The notes under the pieces are model-generated. The model was given only the letters and a program-made list of their open reading frames with translations. It was not told the DNA's origin and did not search any database. A DNA stretch of 64,000 nt. Origin: Lepidodermella squamata (Eukaryota; Animalia; Gastrotricha). The stretch is taken from the NCBI GenBank assembly GCA_047495785.1, contig JBLDXI010000042.1, positions 1,426,001-1,490,000 on the forward strand, written 5' to 3'. The position numbers and the translations under genes are program-made. The first letter of the stretch is position 1, and the number at the start of each line of letters is the position of its first letter. This document shows, piece by piece, positions 49,445-62,900 of this stretch.

Positions 49445-50865
49445 GCAGCTGAGTTAAGCGAGAAAGATTTTTTAATAAATACTTCAGTCAACTTTTGTTT
49501 ATCTTAATTATTTCCAGACATTGAAAGAATCATACGCTCATTCTCAGGCTGAAATACATGCAAAATCGACGTAAAATTGTTGAAATATATTTTGAAATAA
49601 AATTGTTGAGTCTTCATCCGCTTTCTTTCATCTTCATCTTTAAATTGAAAGTCAAACCTTTTCTAATCAGGAATTATTTTTAATCCTCAGGGCTTTTTCC
49701 ATAATTACGTACCATATTACGGTATACTTCCATTAACTGTATTAATATGAAAGTTCGAGTGACTTTTTGTAAAACCCTGGAACCAGTGCGTTAAAATGAA
49801 ATCTATAAACTAATTCAGTCCCCACTGTTTTTTAATTGTTTTTCCTTTTTCCTCTCTTATCGTTTTCCCGCGTTTCAACCATTTTTTCACTTCCAAGGAA
49901 AAGTAGAATAGTATGAATAATAGGGTTACCCAAACAGATAAAAACCCGTTATAGTGTAATCTATGTCGAACCTTCTAGAGCTTGTTGATAAATTGCTAGC
50001 AAAATGGCGTAGAACAAACGCTTATTAAGGAACTTGAAGTGTACTTTTAATACAGTTTTTACTCGGAAAAATACAGTGCTCCCTCGCAAAGTGCACCCTG
50101 GCTCTGTGCATTTCCCTTGATTTGTGCCACACTTTTACAGCCCCTCGCATTTGGTAATTTTAAAATGTTTTTCATGAAAGATTTATTTGCAAGAATACAT
50201 TTATTAAGGTTTAAAAAATAGCTTTATAGGCAACGCTAGCCAAGCCATCGGCGTTTTTAGCAATAGGTAGGCGACCCCGTCGAGCTTTGACCGAAACGGG
50301 GAAGCCTCAAGATTTAATCTGTTGACATTAATTTTCTCCTCTCTTTCTCATTTCATATTGATAAACCCGCAGCAAAATTTAGTTTGAAATAGTTAAAAAA
50401 ACAAGCTTCATCACGCATCATACACCTGCTTTCGTCAATTATCGACGGGGCAACCAGCAAACTGATGTCTCGATCTTTACAGATCGATGTTTTTCATCTC
50501 AGCATTGAGAAACCAGTTCGCACGCGTTCGATCTTTCGTATTTTTAGGCTAAAAATGTCTTAGAATGCAGAAACACAAATGAGAATCACTTAATCGACCC
50601 GCGAAGTCTTGGATTACTCTATAAATCTAATCGACTAGAAAATATAATGGGTGTAGTGATCGCATCTATTTTAGCAACTAAGAGTATGCCCTCATAATTC
50701 ATCGCTTGCTCTTTATTCGCCCTAAAGAGGGCTAATAAAGAGCAAGCGTCCTAGCTGAGGGCACGATCGACAGCCCCAACCCTGTGATCTAATCGAGGGA
50801 TCACTGTAGTAGACGTGAAAGCCGTTGACATCAGAATTTAGATTTTTATTTTTATTTCGTGTAAA

Positions 50866-51647
50866 ATGTCGAGACATCTGGAACCAAGTCTTCCAAATCC
50901 CTGCGACATATCTGCCGACGAACAGGTGGCTATTTTGGCAAATCGCTGCAATATTGTGCAAGTCCTGCGAAATGCTCAAGCAACAACGGATAAGGTTATA
51001 CCACACACGGAATTGAAGCGCGTTAATGTGAAAGCAATAAGCATACCCATAAGCAAAAAAGTAATGGCAAATAATTTTGACGACGCCACAAGAAATATGG
51101 TTACGAAGCAAATTCAAGATGAATTAAAGGCGAACCCACAACTGAGCGTCTGTTTTGCAATCACATATAATTCCGAGGTAGTTGCCAGAAGTGTGGCTGA
51201 CGTCATTCTGCAACAAGCTTGGCACAATTACAGTAAACAAGGTTGGATGAGCTGGATGTTTACAAGTAAAACTGACTGAATTCATTTACTCTTGAATAAT
51301 GTAGTGCTAACTGTTCTCTCCATTTTCGATACATAGGTCACCTTGAAGACGAGCTAAGCTACTCAGGTGAATTCAGGACGAAGTGTTCCAAGGGGATAGA
51401 AGTTTTGTTTCTCACTGGTAGTGGCAGGATCGTTTATGACCAACACAAATTTATGGCTGGCTTCCTTTGTCTTGATATTACGCTGAATTTACGCTATGTT
51501 AACGCTCAACTAGAGCTTGTAGAATTGGATCTAAACTTACCGCCAGGACAACTCACCAACGGCCTAGAATTCACACCAACGCCTCCTATCACGTCCTCGT
51601 CCCCCGCAGAACAAACATACAATTTGATAGTCCAGGTTAAGGGTTAA
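50866..51647 (+). CDS. Orphan two-exon gene (about 228 aa), function unknown
   Basis: ATG 50866. A phase-1 GT-AG intron (51242-51336) joins two ORFs in frame. TAA at 51645-51647 is followed immediately by aataaa. Confidence 0.55.
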
Positions 51648-52594
51648 AATAAACAATAAGAATGCATCATCGTAATGAGCATGTCTATAATTTTTCATTT
51701 TATGTATTAATCATTTTCTGCAATAATTACATTGGCTTGCGCTCAGGGTGAAACTCCCCGCAGAAGACAGATGAAAGAGAACTGTCGGCGTTGTTCAGTA
51801 ATATTTCAATGTTAACAAAATTACAGAGTAATAATTCAATCCGCTTGACTAGGCATCAATAAAATAAGAATAAATATACTTAATATTCTTTATTAATTTA
51901 AAAATGAATCATAGTATTAAACAAGTTCACCCATTTTGTCACTAATCGTTTATCGTGTAAGTCTTGGGGCCCGAGTCCGAATTCGGCCCGTGTGACTCCG
52001 GCCGACCCGTGCGCAGACGGGTAACATTGCGTCGTTGGTGCGGCTAAATGTCCTATCTCCAAAACAATTTATTTCGAGATAAATCGAAAAAAAACAGCTT
52101 TATTTCCAAAATTGTCACTAAAAATGTCACTGATGTGAAAATAGGGGTAATCAAACCCGGCGGATTTTTACCGGTGACACATCGTTATTGCACAATACAG
52201 ATAGGATACTGCAGATAGGACTCTATGGTGGATTTTTTCATTTTTTGTTCGTGTTTTTTAAGATTGTGGTTCGAGTCCGTGCGAAAGCATTCATTTTTGG
52301 CTTCATTTGATTCATTTGATGCGGATGATAGTTACGCCGAGCAATCACGCGAACAACAAAACTTTGCTCATTCGATAATAGCTTGAAACTTATTTTTAAA
52401 TTTGACCGCCTATCCGCGAATCCCGAACCGACGATTTTGAAGAGAGACCTTTGAAAAAAGCCGAATCATTCGCGAGAATTAATCCTTTCGAGCACATCGC
52501 GTTCAGATCCTTCTTTTTCGCAATTGGATTTGAATAAATTTTTACACTCCTTAAACTCCTTATGATAATTCAGCATTAAAACTATATTTCGATA

Positions 52595-52795
52595 AACCAT
52601 CGTTCTCACATTCCACACACAGCCTCTGTCACCACTCAGCCACTCACTCTCTTGAAATCATTGTGCGACTGTTACATATCTACTTAAACAGTATTAAGCG
52701 ACACAGTTAAGTAGCAAAAAATCAGACAATGATTTCAAGAGAGTGAGTGGCTGAGTGGTGACAGAGGCTGTGTGTGGAATGTGAGAACGATGGTT
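52595..52795. repeat. Perfect 70-bp inverted repeat (61-bp spacer) of a tRNA-like Pol III head
   Basis: 52595-52664 is the exact reverse complement of 52726-52795. The right arm has A box TGGCTGAGTGG and runs into B box GGTTCGAACCC. Confidence 0.9.
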
Positions 52796-52911
52796 CGAAC
52801 CCCACAGCCTGATGAAATTTTTAATTTCTTTTCTGAAATGTCAAATTATGTTTGATTAAATTTAAGCAGGCAAGAACAACGATGAACAAATTAGCAGTGA
52901 ACAACGGGGAA

Positions 52912-55900
52912 CCCGGACTCAAATATTCATCGCTGTAAATCGCTGTAAATTGCTGTCAATGTATTCTGCTGTATTTCACTGGAAATCTTATGTTGACTTA
53001 CACCCTTTTACAAACGCACTTTTATTGGTACCTTCCACTCAATTACACTGGGAATTCAATATCACTTTTACATTGATTTACAGACACTCGTCGGGGCGCT
53101 GTAAATTCCTGTAAAAGCCCAGGAAGTGAAAATTTCACAAGTTATACAATTTTTGCCCTACAGCAGTTTACACAGCCTTTGAAATTCGAAAGCTTAGTAA
53201 ACTACTGAAGAGCGAAAAATGCCGAAAATGTGAAGTCTTCACTCTCAGGGCTGGTACAGGAATTTACATCAGTGCCTCGACCAGCGTCTGCAAATCGCTG
53301 CAAGTTATAAAAGATCAGCTTCATTTTTACAAGCAAAATCGATTTTCACAACCATTTTAACAATAACAAGAGAGATTTTGAAAAAATCGGAGAAAAGATT
53401 ATTGGCAATCAGCGACTTCAGCAAATTTTTCAGACGAATAATATAAATCTTTGATTATATCGGGTCATATTTCCGACGTTAAAAAGCTCAGATCCGCAGG
53501 GCAACTAATATCAAACCAATGCCGCGAAGTGATATTTTTCAAGCAAAATCAGCCATATATTTCTCGCCAAAAAACGTGCATCACAAACGTGCATCACAAA
53601 TTAAGCCATTTCCAAAAAATACTCAGTTTTCCGTGAAAATAAGCAAAACTCATGAGGATCTCAACCGTAAAAAAGCCGCTTATGAAAAGAAAATTCAAGT
53701 CGCCGCTGAACGAACAGCAAAACAAGGTCTCTCGATATCACGAAGTTTCCGCCAAGCGGTGATTTGCGACACGCATCGAGTCACCGAGCCATTAGTGCGC
53801 TGTCTATCCAGCCTGAAATAATAGGGGAAAACTAAGCAGAACTTGGAATCAAAACGAAATGTATTGCTATACCTGTGAACAAAACCAGCCACGATAAGAT
53901 TGATCCGCTGTCGAACCCGAGATGCAAGCCAACTCCTAAAATGGATAAATCCACAAATAGAATTTCAGGAAATAATTACAATGAAATTTTAAACAATTTT
54001 GAATCTCAAAGTTTTTGAATTCTCAATGTTTGTAAAACGTCTGGGCAGTCTGTGATTTTTCCAGCCTCGAACTGTCGCAAAATCAATAAAAATTCATCAA
54101 TTAAGATATTTCAGATTAATCTATGATTTTGAAATAGCAAATAAAAATTCGAATTTCTTTCAATTAATTGCTTAAAAAATTCGGCAAAAATTAAAAGAGG
54201 CTTTTCTGAAGAACGTGTCCTGATTACAAAAAAATCAGAAAATTTATTTCGAAATTGATACGGAACGGCAATGTGTTGAAAAATTGGGGGGAAATGAACA
54301 AAAACCAGAAATTTGGCTAAAAATTAAAATTAAAATTATTCACATTGAAGAATTAATTAAGGAGTGTTGAAAATGTAAACAATTCCGGGGAAAATCAAGC
54401 CAATTCACGAGATCGAATTGCAGAATTAAAATAGGAGAATGAAAACTTATCTTGTTTTACGATGTGGTATGCGGGAAAGACGATGCGTATCACCTTGACG
54501 TCATCGTTTTCATCCCTCGACATCGCCGATTTCTATGAAATGCATGCAAATAATAAACAGTAATTTCGAGAAATTTTAAACTCACATCAGGTATAGAGTA
54601 ACAGTTCACATCGTCCAGAATTTCGCTAAAAATAACTTGAATATTCGCTCTAGAAAATAGCCAAGAAATCTGCATAGGCAATTGAGCTGATGAACTGAGT
54701 TTTATAGTTCAAAATGGTATAGCTTTTGTGTGTTATGCATTTTTATTCACGTGTGCAAAACGTGGCGTGCGAGCAGCTGTTGCGTAATTCGCGGCGTGGT
54801 GATTGGAAACACTCGAATCGCTCATATTTAACTGAGAAATTTGGCTATCGCTATTCGCAGCTAAATTTCTTGCCGCTGCCTATGTCATTTATTATTGGGT
54901 CACCGGTTCGATTTAAAAATTGAAAAACGGTAAATAATATCTGAAAACAGGTCAATTGAAATTTATTTTCAATTCACCTGGAACTTCAGATTTCATATTT
55001 GAAAATTCTCATCTACAAAAATTGGCGAATCAAAATGATTGCCAAGTCCCTGAAAATTTAGTTGTATCTCTTAAATGCATTGCGATGAGCTTTAAATGAA
55101 AATGGTATTAAAATATAAAGTTCTACATTTTCGCTGAATTAAAATCGTGAACACTTGATTACTATTTAATTAGGAAAATTCAAAATTCATTTTAAATAAA
55201 CTTTTAAATAAATAAATTTACAACTGATCCTTGAATATGACGATATAATCTTAATGGCTAATAGCAAGATCATCTGAAATTGAGAATTTCGATCAGCGAA
55301 GAATTAATCTTTTTTCTTGATGTAAAAATTCCTGTAAATTCCGAAAATGCCACAAAAAGATGGAATCTCAATATAATGAAAAAAATCTCAAAAATCTCCT
55401 ATAGTTTTAAAGAAATTAACGCTTAATTAAGATCGCCGTAATTTTGAAGACAAAAATACGTGTCTTAAGAGAAAGTATTACGCGGCAGATGTCACGTTTC
55501 TTCGATGAAATTTCTGTTTTTCATAAATTTATGTGATTTAATGTGCCACCTCGATTTGTCTCACTTTTATCGAAATTGGCCACACGAATTTTCAAGAATT
55601 TACACCAATTTATGCTCCCTATACCCTAAATAAATTAAATAAACTACACGAAGGTTGCTTTGTTCACTTCGCCAGCTAAGGTCAATGCCTCACATCAAAA
55701 TAGTGTGTGATTATTCGCGAATAATCGACGGTTACCGGGTTAAATTTGTATAAAAATACGATAAATTCTGTTTACAGCCGTTTACAGTGTGTAATTTCAC
55801 TTCGCCGAGGTTCACATAGTAGGTCATTTTCGAAGTTTCCTCCGCTTACAGAGTCAGGAATCAGGAAATTCAGCTTCGTCTAGATCTGTAACGCGTGTAA

Positions 55901-56552
55901 AGCCCTATAACATTTTATAGTCCGGGAACTCAGATTGCCCAGGTCTGTAAAGCCGTGCACCTTGCCCCATAGCATCTTACAGTCCGCAAAATCCGCCTAC
56001 CGACATCTGTAAAACCGGGTAACTTGACTTACAGAAGTTTACAGACCCTGATTACAGTTTGCCTCGGTCTGTAAAGCCAAGTATCGTGCCTTATAGCATT
56101 TTATTGTCCAAACTATCCGCCTGCCGAGGTCTGTAAAGCCGTGTCATTCGTCTAACAGCATTTTATAGTCCCTTTGTGTCAGCTTTTGGCAGTCTGTAAA
56201 GCCGAGTTAAGTGCTTATAGCATTTTACAGTCCGAAAACTCAGCTTGTCTAGGTGTGTAAAGCCGGATAAATTGCCTCATTGCATTTTACAGACCCCGAT
56301 TTCAGCTTTTGGCAGTCTGTAAAGCAGGACAACACGCCTTATTGCCAATTACATCAGCAAAAAGCAGCATTTCCACGGTTGTAAACCGCTGTATCCAGCC
56401 TTATTTCGAATTACAGAGGCGAAAAATCAGCTTACAGCCGGATCCTGAGCTGAAATAAATCGACATCACAGCAATTTACAGCGAAAATCAGGCAAATACA
56501 CGATTTTATTCCGATTTACAGAGCATGCCTGATTAAATTTTTTGAGTCCGGG
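52912..56552. mobile_element. 3.64-kb non-autonomous element with CCCGG termini (CMC/EnSpm-like)
   Basis: TIR cccggactcaaa/tttgagtccggg, 2-bp AA flanks, ctgtaaa/tttacag arrays at both ends. It is inserted in a smaller IR element (gaacaacgatgaaca at 52874 / tgttcatcgttgttc at 56615). Confidence 0.75.
55880..56440. repeat. About 9 tandem 62-bp units, each with the inverted motifs TCTGTAAAGC...GCATTTTACAG
   Basis: tctgtaaa recurs near 55885, 55943, 56006, 56068, 56130, 56193, 56254 and 56316, with variable sequence between the motifs. Confidence 0.9.
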
Positions 56553-57251
56553 AACAAATAGCAGCAATTGCGGCTGAACAAAGGGGTGAAATCGATGGTT
56601 TCAAAACCATCAAGTGTTCATCGTTGTTCCCCTCTCAAGTGCCTGTCTGGGCTAAGGCCTGAGGTTTATTTTTTGTTTTGAATAGCTTCCAATTTCCAAT
56701 TTGAATGATCATCAAAAACTATTCGACGTTAAAGCTCTATTACGACGATGTTGTATAGTCTTCGAGACGTTGATTTTCTGCAGACATTTTTTTGCAGCGA
56801 AGCGTTAGAAAAAACAGACAAATGTAATGATGTCATTTTCCAGTGACAGTCGAACAATTATATTTTAAAATCAAAAACTAAATCATACTTTTAGGTATGA
56901 GGCCAATTTTGAGTAATTGATCCGCCAAAAGTGAATTTTTCTAAATTTTCTGGAATTTCACGATAAATCAAAATAATTGATCTTAAAATTCACCGTATGT
57001 AAGGCTTGTGCAGCAGTTTCAGAGCATACAACTCTGGAATTTGTGGCGAATTCCTCTAAAATCTAAAAGATTATATTCTGAATTCTGATAAATTTTAGTC
57101 AAATAATTGAAGGAGTGCGAAACAAAAGAAATGTTCCTACTGTTTTGATAACTTCGCATTGCACAGTGATTTGTCAAATTCCTTGATTTAAGATGAAAAA
57201 TTTTATTCAGTCGAAATCGTGACCTGATTTTGCATAATTAATCGCCCATAA

Positions 57252-58512
57252 GATTCATAGTAAATTCGTAACCGCAAATTCGTACAGTGGTTGATTCATA
57301 ACGTGATATTATCGTACAGAGTAAGTTCGTATCAATACATTTTCATATTAAAAGTGGTGACGTTTTCGTAACAAAATAAATTATCATAATTTCAATTCGA
57401 AAGTGGTGATCTTTTCGTAACCGGACCTAAATAAAAACACAAAATAGTGATCGTTTCGAAGCAAACGCGTGATATGATGTAATATTCTCGCCCTTAAAAC
57501 CGTGGTTTCGCTGATTCGGCACCCATTCATCGTGATTTTGCGTAAGATTTCGACCAGCGTAGTAGTACCAGTACCAGTACCATTTTGAAACAAGTGTTAA
57601 AGCTCGGCCTCTGGAACGAGTACACTGAGCCAGGCTCCTTGGTGCGTAAGGCCGTTCGCAGCTGTATGGCTCTGGGCCTACTCCCGCTTAACAACGTCCG
57701 AACAGCATTCTTTATCGTCCGTGAAGAAGCTCCTCAGCACGTCGAACTCAACTTGTTCTTCGAGTACTTCGAGAATTTTCGGTTTCGGATCGGCATGGAC
57801 TGCTGGAACTTTCACGGCCTCGATAAAAGGACTAACAACTTTGCCGAGGGTGGCAACAGCAAGATTAACAAAAAGGTTAAGGTGCCTCATCCACATGTGT
57901 GGCGCTTTTGCAACGTCATGTTGGAGTTGGAAGCCGAAAATCGTGCTGCCCTCGACCAGATTCGAGTAAAAAATTACAAAGTGCCGACGAAGCGAGTCTA
58001 TAAGCGCTTGAATGATCGATTTACTGAGTTTTGGAAAGACCTCGCTGCTGGTAGGATGGGTTTCATGCAGTTTCGCGATGCTGCGGCTAATCAGCTTTCT
58101 CAGTTGAAGGAGAAGAAGCCGGCAGTTGATCGCTTGGGGCTTGATGATGAGGAAGGTGTTGCGCTGGACGTTGTTATTGAAGATGGCGAGGAAGAGTCGA
58201 GTGGTGAAGAAACTGCTGATGAATAACTGCTAACACTCTGCCTTAATGTCTATCATCTGTTTAACTGTGTTTGAAGGGAGCAATGTTATAAGCGTTACGA
58301 ATAGATCACGACTTCGTCTTAACTTGTTATGAAAGGACCGCTAAATTAAAGTGTTACGAAATGATCACCACTTCGTCTTAATTTGTTATGAAAAGATCAC
58401 AAAATTAACGAAAATCCGTTACGAAAAGATCACCGAAAGTGATATGAAAAGATACCTCGTTTGTACGAAAATATCACGTTACGAATTTGCGGGTACCGAC
58501 TTACTATTCACC
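57252..58512 (+). mobile_element. Internally deleted Mutator-like element (MULE) carrying the transposase C-terminus
   Basis: ORF 57585-58226 has MALGLLP, FFEYFEN, WNF, RTNNFAEG and HPHVWRF. Long degenerate TIRs contain ttcgta/tacgaa repeats. Possible 9-bp TSD gcccataag/gtccataaa. Confidence 0.85.
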
Positions 58513-59914
58513 GTCCATAAAATTCATATAAAATTTTCAAAATTTCACCAGCTTGAATATTAGAATTCCGGAAAGAATACCAAAAATAAAAAATGATATT
58601 GTCTAATATTTTTTTATGATATTTTTTTTTTATGATCGACGTGACCTGGCTCATTTAATTCATGCGTTGACCTCTTGAATCGACTGTTAGTTCTCATCAA
58701 TATTTTTCCGCAGTCATTAAAGCAATTTTTACCTTGAAATCGAATAAGGCGTGTAATGATATAATAAAACAAGGCGATTATATCTTCGGCTTTGAACGTT
58801 GACATGTCTCGGCAATTTTGTCATGGCGAGAGGAAGCGTTGACTCATAGCACACACAAACACCGGGCGCGCTTCTAATATTTTGTTTGTTTTATTATTAA
58901 CAGCGAAAATTGTTTACTCACCCTGTTGCTGCTGCTGTTGATGGCACCGGGCGCCGCCGTGTTTGATGAGGGTGACTAAAACGGGCGCACTCTGGTGTTA
59001 CGCCGCGCACTTGAACCAGCCGCACGGGCTGTTACACAACTGATGCCAATCGCTAGCAGAGAGCCTGCCTGTGATCACATGAACAAACAAACCATTTTGC
59101 CCCTTTTTCGTTGAATAGGTAATAATGATAACATTAGGTTAGATGGCCATGTAAATAGCCACAGCAAAAAGTCATTTCCGATGACTCATCATTTGCGGCA
59201 TTAATTAAGAATTATCGTGAATTTCATTGATTTTCAATTTTTTAATTTTTCCGAATTTTAGGCAACAATTTCTCCGCCTGTACTTATTTTCAATTTCACT
59301 CGATATAGATTTTAGGAATGTTTTCAAATCTCTCGTGTGATCGGGTCGTATCGATTTGTGATATGAATAGGAGCTGAAAGTTTTCTGGCTTTACAATGAA
59401 GCTGAATTTTGAGTGATTAATATCGATTATCGGACGAATTTTCAGACTTTAGCGTTGCCTCGCGGAGATTTAAGGCTTTTATATTGAAATTTCTTGGCTT
59501 GATTAAAGCTGATTTTTATGAGCTGAGCAAATTTCTATCTTTATATTTTTCAATAAATTAAAACGGAACCAATCTATTTGAATTAACAAATAGACCGCGG
59601 GACATTTTCTTTCCTCTAACTTTTAGCTCGAGCTTCCTCTTTGGATTCAGACTCGCTAAATAAATAAAATAAATAAATACCTCTAAATTCCCTCTGAACC
59701 TGTGTTAAACGTTCAAACAATGCTGAAATGAAATTTATCTAGCTTAATTCTCATTTATTTACTAATTTCTAGGAATTTTTACATTATTTTCATTTTATGA
59801 CGTTTTATGACTTAAATTTGCTGGGTTTTTTCAGCGGTTTTGTTTTTTTCTAAAAAATTAATATTTTTCAATATTCTTTATTGTCAGTCTATTTTATTTA
59901 TTTATTTTATAGAA

Positions 59915-62900
59915 ATGAGGCGAAAGCGTGATTTTATCAAATTTATATATTTTTCGCTACGATGTTTGGCACTCGCAGCATTTTTCGGTGATTTTCCTGC
60001 CATCGCGCAAGATCCGTGTTCGTTCTCGTACCCGCATCAGTGTACGAACCAGCCGACGGGCGGCCCAGGCGAGGTCGATTGCCTGTACGAGACCACGTGG
60101 AGCCACAACGCCAGAACAGATTTGGTTACCTTTGACTTGTCAATCAAAGACACGGACGGCGATCGATGGCTGTCGATTGCTTTCTCAAACGACCGCCTCA
60201 TGGTTAGCAAGGATTCGCATTTTTTCTGAATTTCTAAGAATTTTCTGAAATTTTCAAAATTTTCAGAAATAAATCGGTGAATTTAGAAGCGACCTGATCC
60301 GTAAAATTTCATAATTTAATTAATTATTTGTTAATTTTAATTTTTTTGAAATTTTTAAAATTTTGAAATTTTTTTGGGAATTCTTAAATTTCAATGTCTG
60401 AAATAACTAATGGATATTGCGTGAGCCGTAGTACCTTTTTAAAAAATTGTCCCAATCTTGGAAAATTTGGAAAATTGAAATTGAAAAAAATTGAAATTGA
60501 GAATAATTGAAATTGCAGATTTCAAAATTTCAAAAATTTCAAATTTTTGTGATTTTTCTAGCCGCGATCTGATGTCGTCATGGGTTGGATCGACCACTCA
60601 CCAGCCTCGCCCGAAGCAGCCACCCTAACCGATCGCTACATATTCGGCTACCTCGAGCCTATCGTCGACAAAGACCAGGACGTACAACTGTTAGCCTGGT
60701 CATCGCAAGACGGCCGTTCGGCGATGCGATTCACGCGATCTCGCCTGTCGTTCGACTCGCGAGACGTTAATTTGACGTCATCATCGCCGTGTCCTTACTT
60801 TTTCTTCACGCATGACCCGGGCCGTGTTGACTCACGCGGATCGGTTTCACAGCACAATGAAGCGCCTATCATTTTCGGCCCGGTTTGCATGTCGTCTTGT
60901 TCAGGTAAATGTCCAGTTTTCATTTTGAAAGCGGAATATCTTTCAGCGGAACCAAATTTACGGTGAGCGGAACCAAATTTGCTGTATCGGAACCAAATAT
61001 GCTGCAGCGGAACCAAATTTGCTTTTTGCGGAACCAAATTCGAAATATGCCAAGAGTCATTTTTTGAATATTTCTACGAATGTTAGGCTAAGCATTAATT
61101 TTGAATTGAACAATCCGTCTTATAGAGAACATTACGCTGAATCCACTGGTGAATTTTCTAGAATTATTGTGGCCAATCTTGACCAGCAATAAATATTCGA
61201 AAAGCGATTTCAGGCCAATAGAAAAGTCTAAAATTTGGTTCCGTTACAGCAAATTTGGTTCCGCTCACCGTAAATTTGGTTCCGCTAACAGGAGGACCCT
61301 TTTGAAAATATTTGAAAATACAGGAAAATCTAAAATATACCCTAAATTTCTTGATTTTTCATGAAACATTAAGAATTTCAAAATTTCTGATTTTTTTTTT
61401 AAATTCATGATGAATTTTTTATTTTTCCAGATTTTTTATTTTTTTTCAAATCTTTTTCAAATTTTATGAAATCGAGGGTTTTTAAAAAATTTGTGAATAA
61501 TAATTTTTTAATTTGTATTTTTTAGCTAACAATTATGTGTTGAGGCGAGGTGATTGCCGGCGGCATTCGCACATTCCACTCGCGGCGCCAATCGAGCGTG
61601 AATTTCTCAACTTCACGCGCCACCTTAATTCGGATAATAAGGCGCCGCCCAATGACGCATCGAATGACATGCACCTGTTTACTGCTAATCAAATTTCATT
61701 CGCCGAGTGCAAGCAAAGGTATTTCTAATAAAATCAAGAATATTGAATTTTTGTTAAATTTAATTTTCAAAATTTCATGAAAAAATAAAAATTCATAATT
61801 GTTTAAATTTTTTTAATATTGAATATTTAGTGTTGAATTAATTATGGAAAAATCCCATAAAATAACCAGACCAAAATTTTGAATTTGCTTGAAAAATTCT
61901 TGAATATTTGATTTTCTTTTGGAAACAAGGTGCGATTTCACGGCTGAGTGCACATCGTTTACTTACCTGGCTGATGGCTCGGCTTGCTACCTGTTACGGT
62001 CGAGTTGTCTCTCAAATGAGTTCAATCCAACCATAGCAAATACGTACCACTACGAGAAAATGGGTATGCTGACAAAATTTGATAGCCCAATTTATTTGAT
62101 TTTTGATTTTTTCAAGATTTGCCTGGCTTTTCGCATATTCGAACCGATTCTTGTATCAGCCATCACTATGAGAATGCGCTCGATGTCCGCCTGCTGAATC
62201 TAGCCGATTGCGCCAAAGTTTGTGAAGTTCTACCCACGTGTCCTGGTTTTTCGTACCAGCCGAGCGAGACGCGATGCTTCATTCACGCTACAACCTGTGC
62301 CCCGAATGCGTACCCGGATATTTCGGCTCAGAATCAGCTGAATATCGATAATGAGCCGTATTTCATGGATACATACGCCTTCATTAAATTGGGTACGTGA
62401 GCATTGAATTTTAAGCCGAGAAATAGGTTAAATCCTATTAAATCCTCAAAATTGAAAAATTATGAATTTTTAAAAATCGAATTGAAATTTCAAAAATAAT
62501 TTAATTTGAATTTTATTTTTAATTCTACTATTTTGGCAAGGTTCTCGAAAATATTTAATTGCCTTTAATTTCCTTTTTTGACCCTTCATAACTTGAAATC
62601 ACTCAAATTCGAATTAATTTACAGCATCCTCTTGTGAGATCAGCGATGTCCTGGTTATGATGGCCTTCACCCAGGACACTATCACCCCAGACGGCCTGAA
62701 TTCAGTTGTCGATTTCCTCGTCTCCCTACTCACCCGGCTCGATATCGACTCAGACGTAGTAAAATTCGCCTACACGCTATGGAACGAAGACGCCCCGAGC
62801 CGAGTCGCCGATTTCCAGGGCGAATTCGACCGCGAACAGCTGATAGCGAGTGTTAACCTTATCAACCACCAAGATTTGCCGCAATCCCACCTTCAAGCCG

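Noticed and set aside
53200-53240. Second hammerhead (ctgaaga...gaaa)
   Set aside because: No credible stem II or stem I pairing around the core.
55880-56440. CRISPR array
   Set aside because: Eukaryotic context, no cas genes, degenerate repeats, spacers related to each other, and the array lies inside a TIR element.
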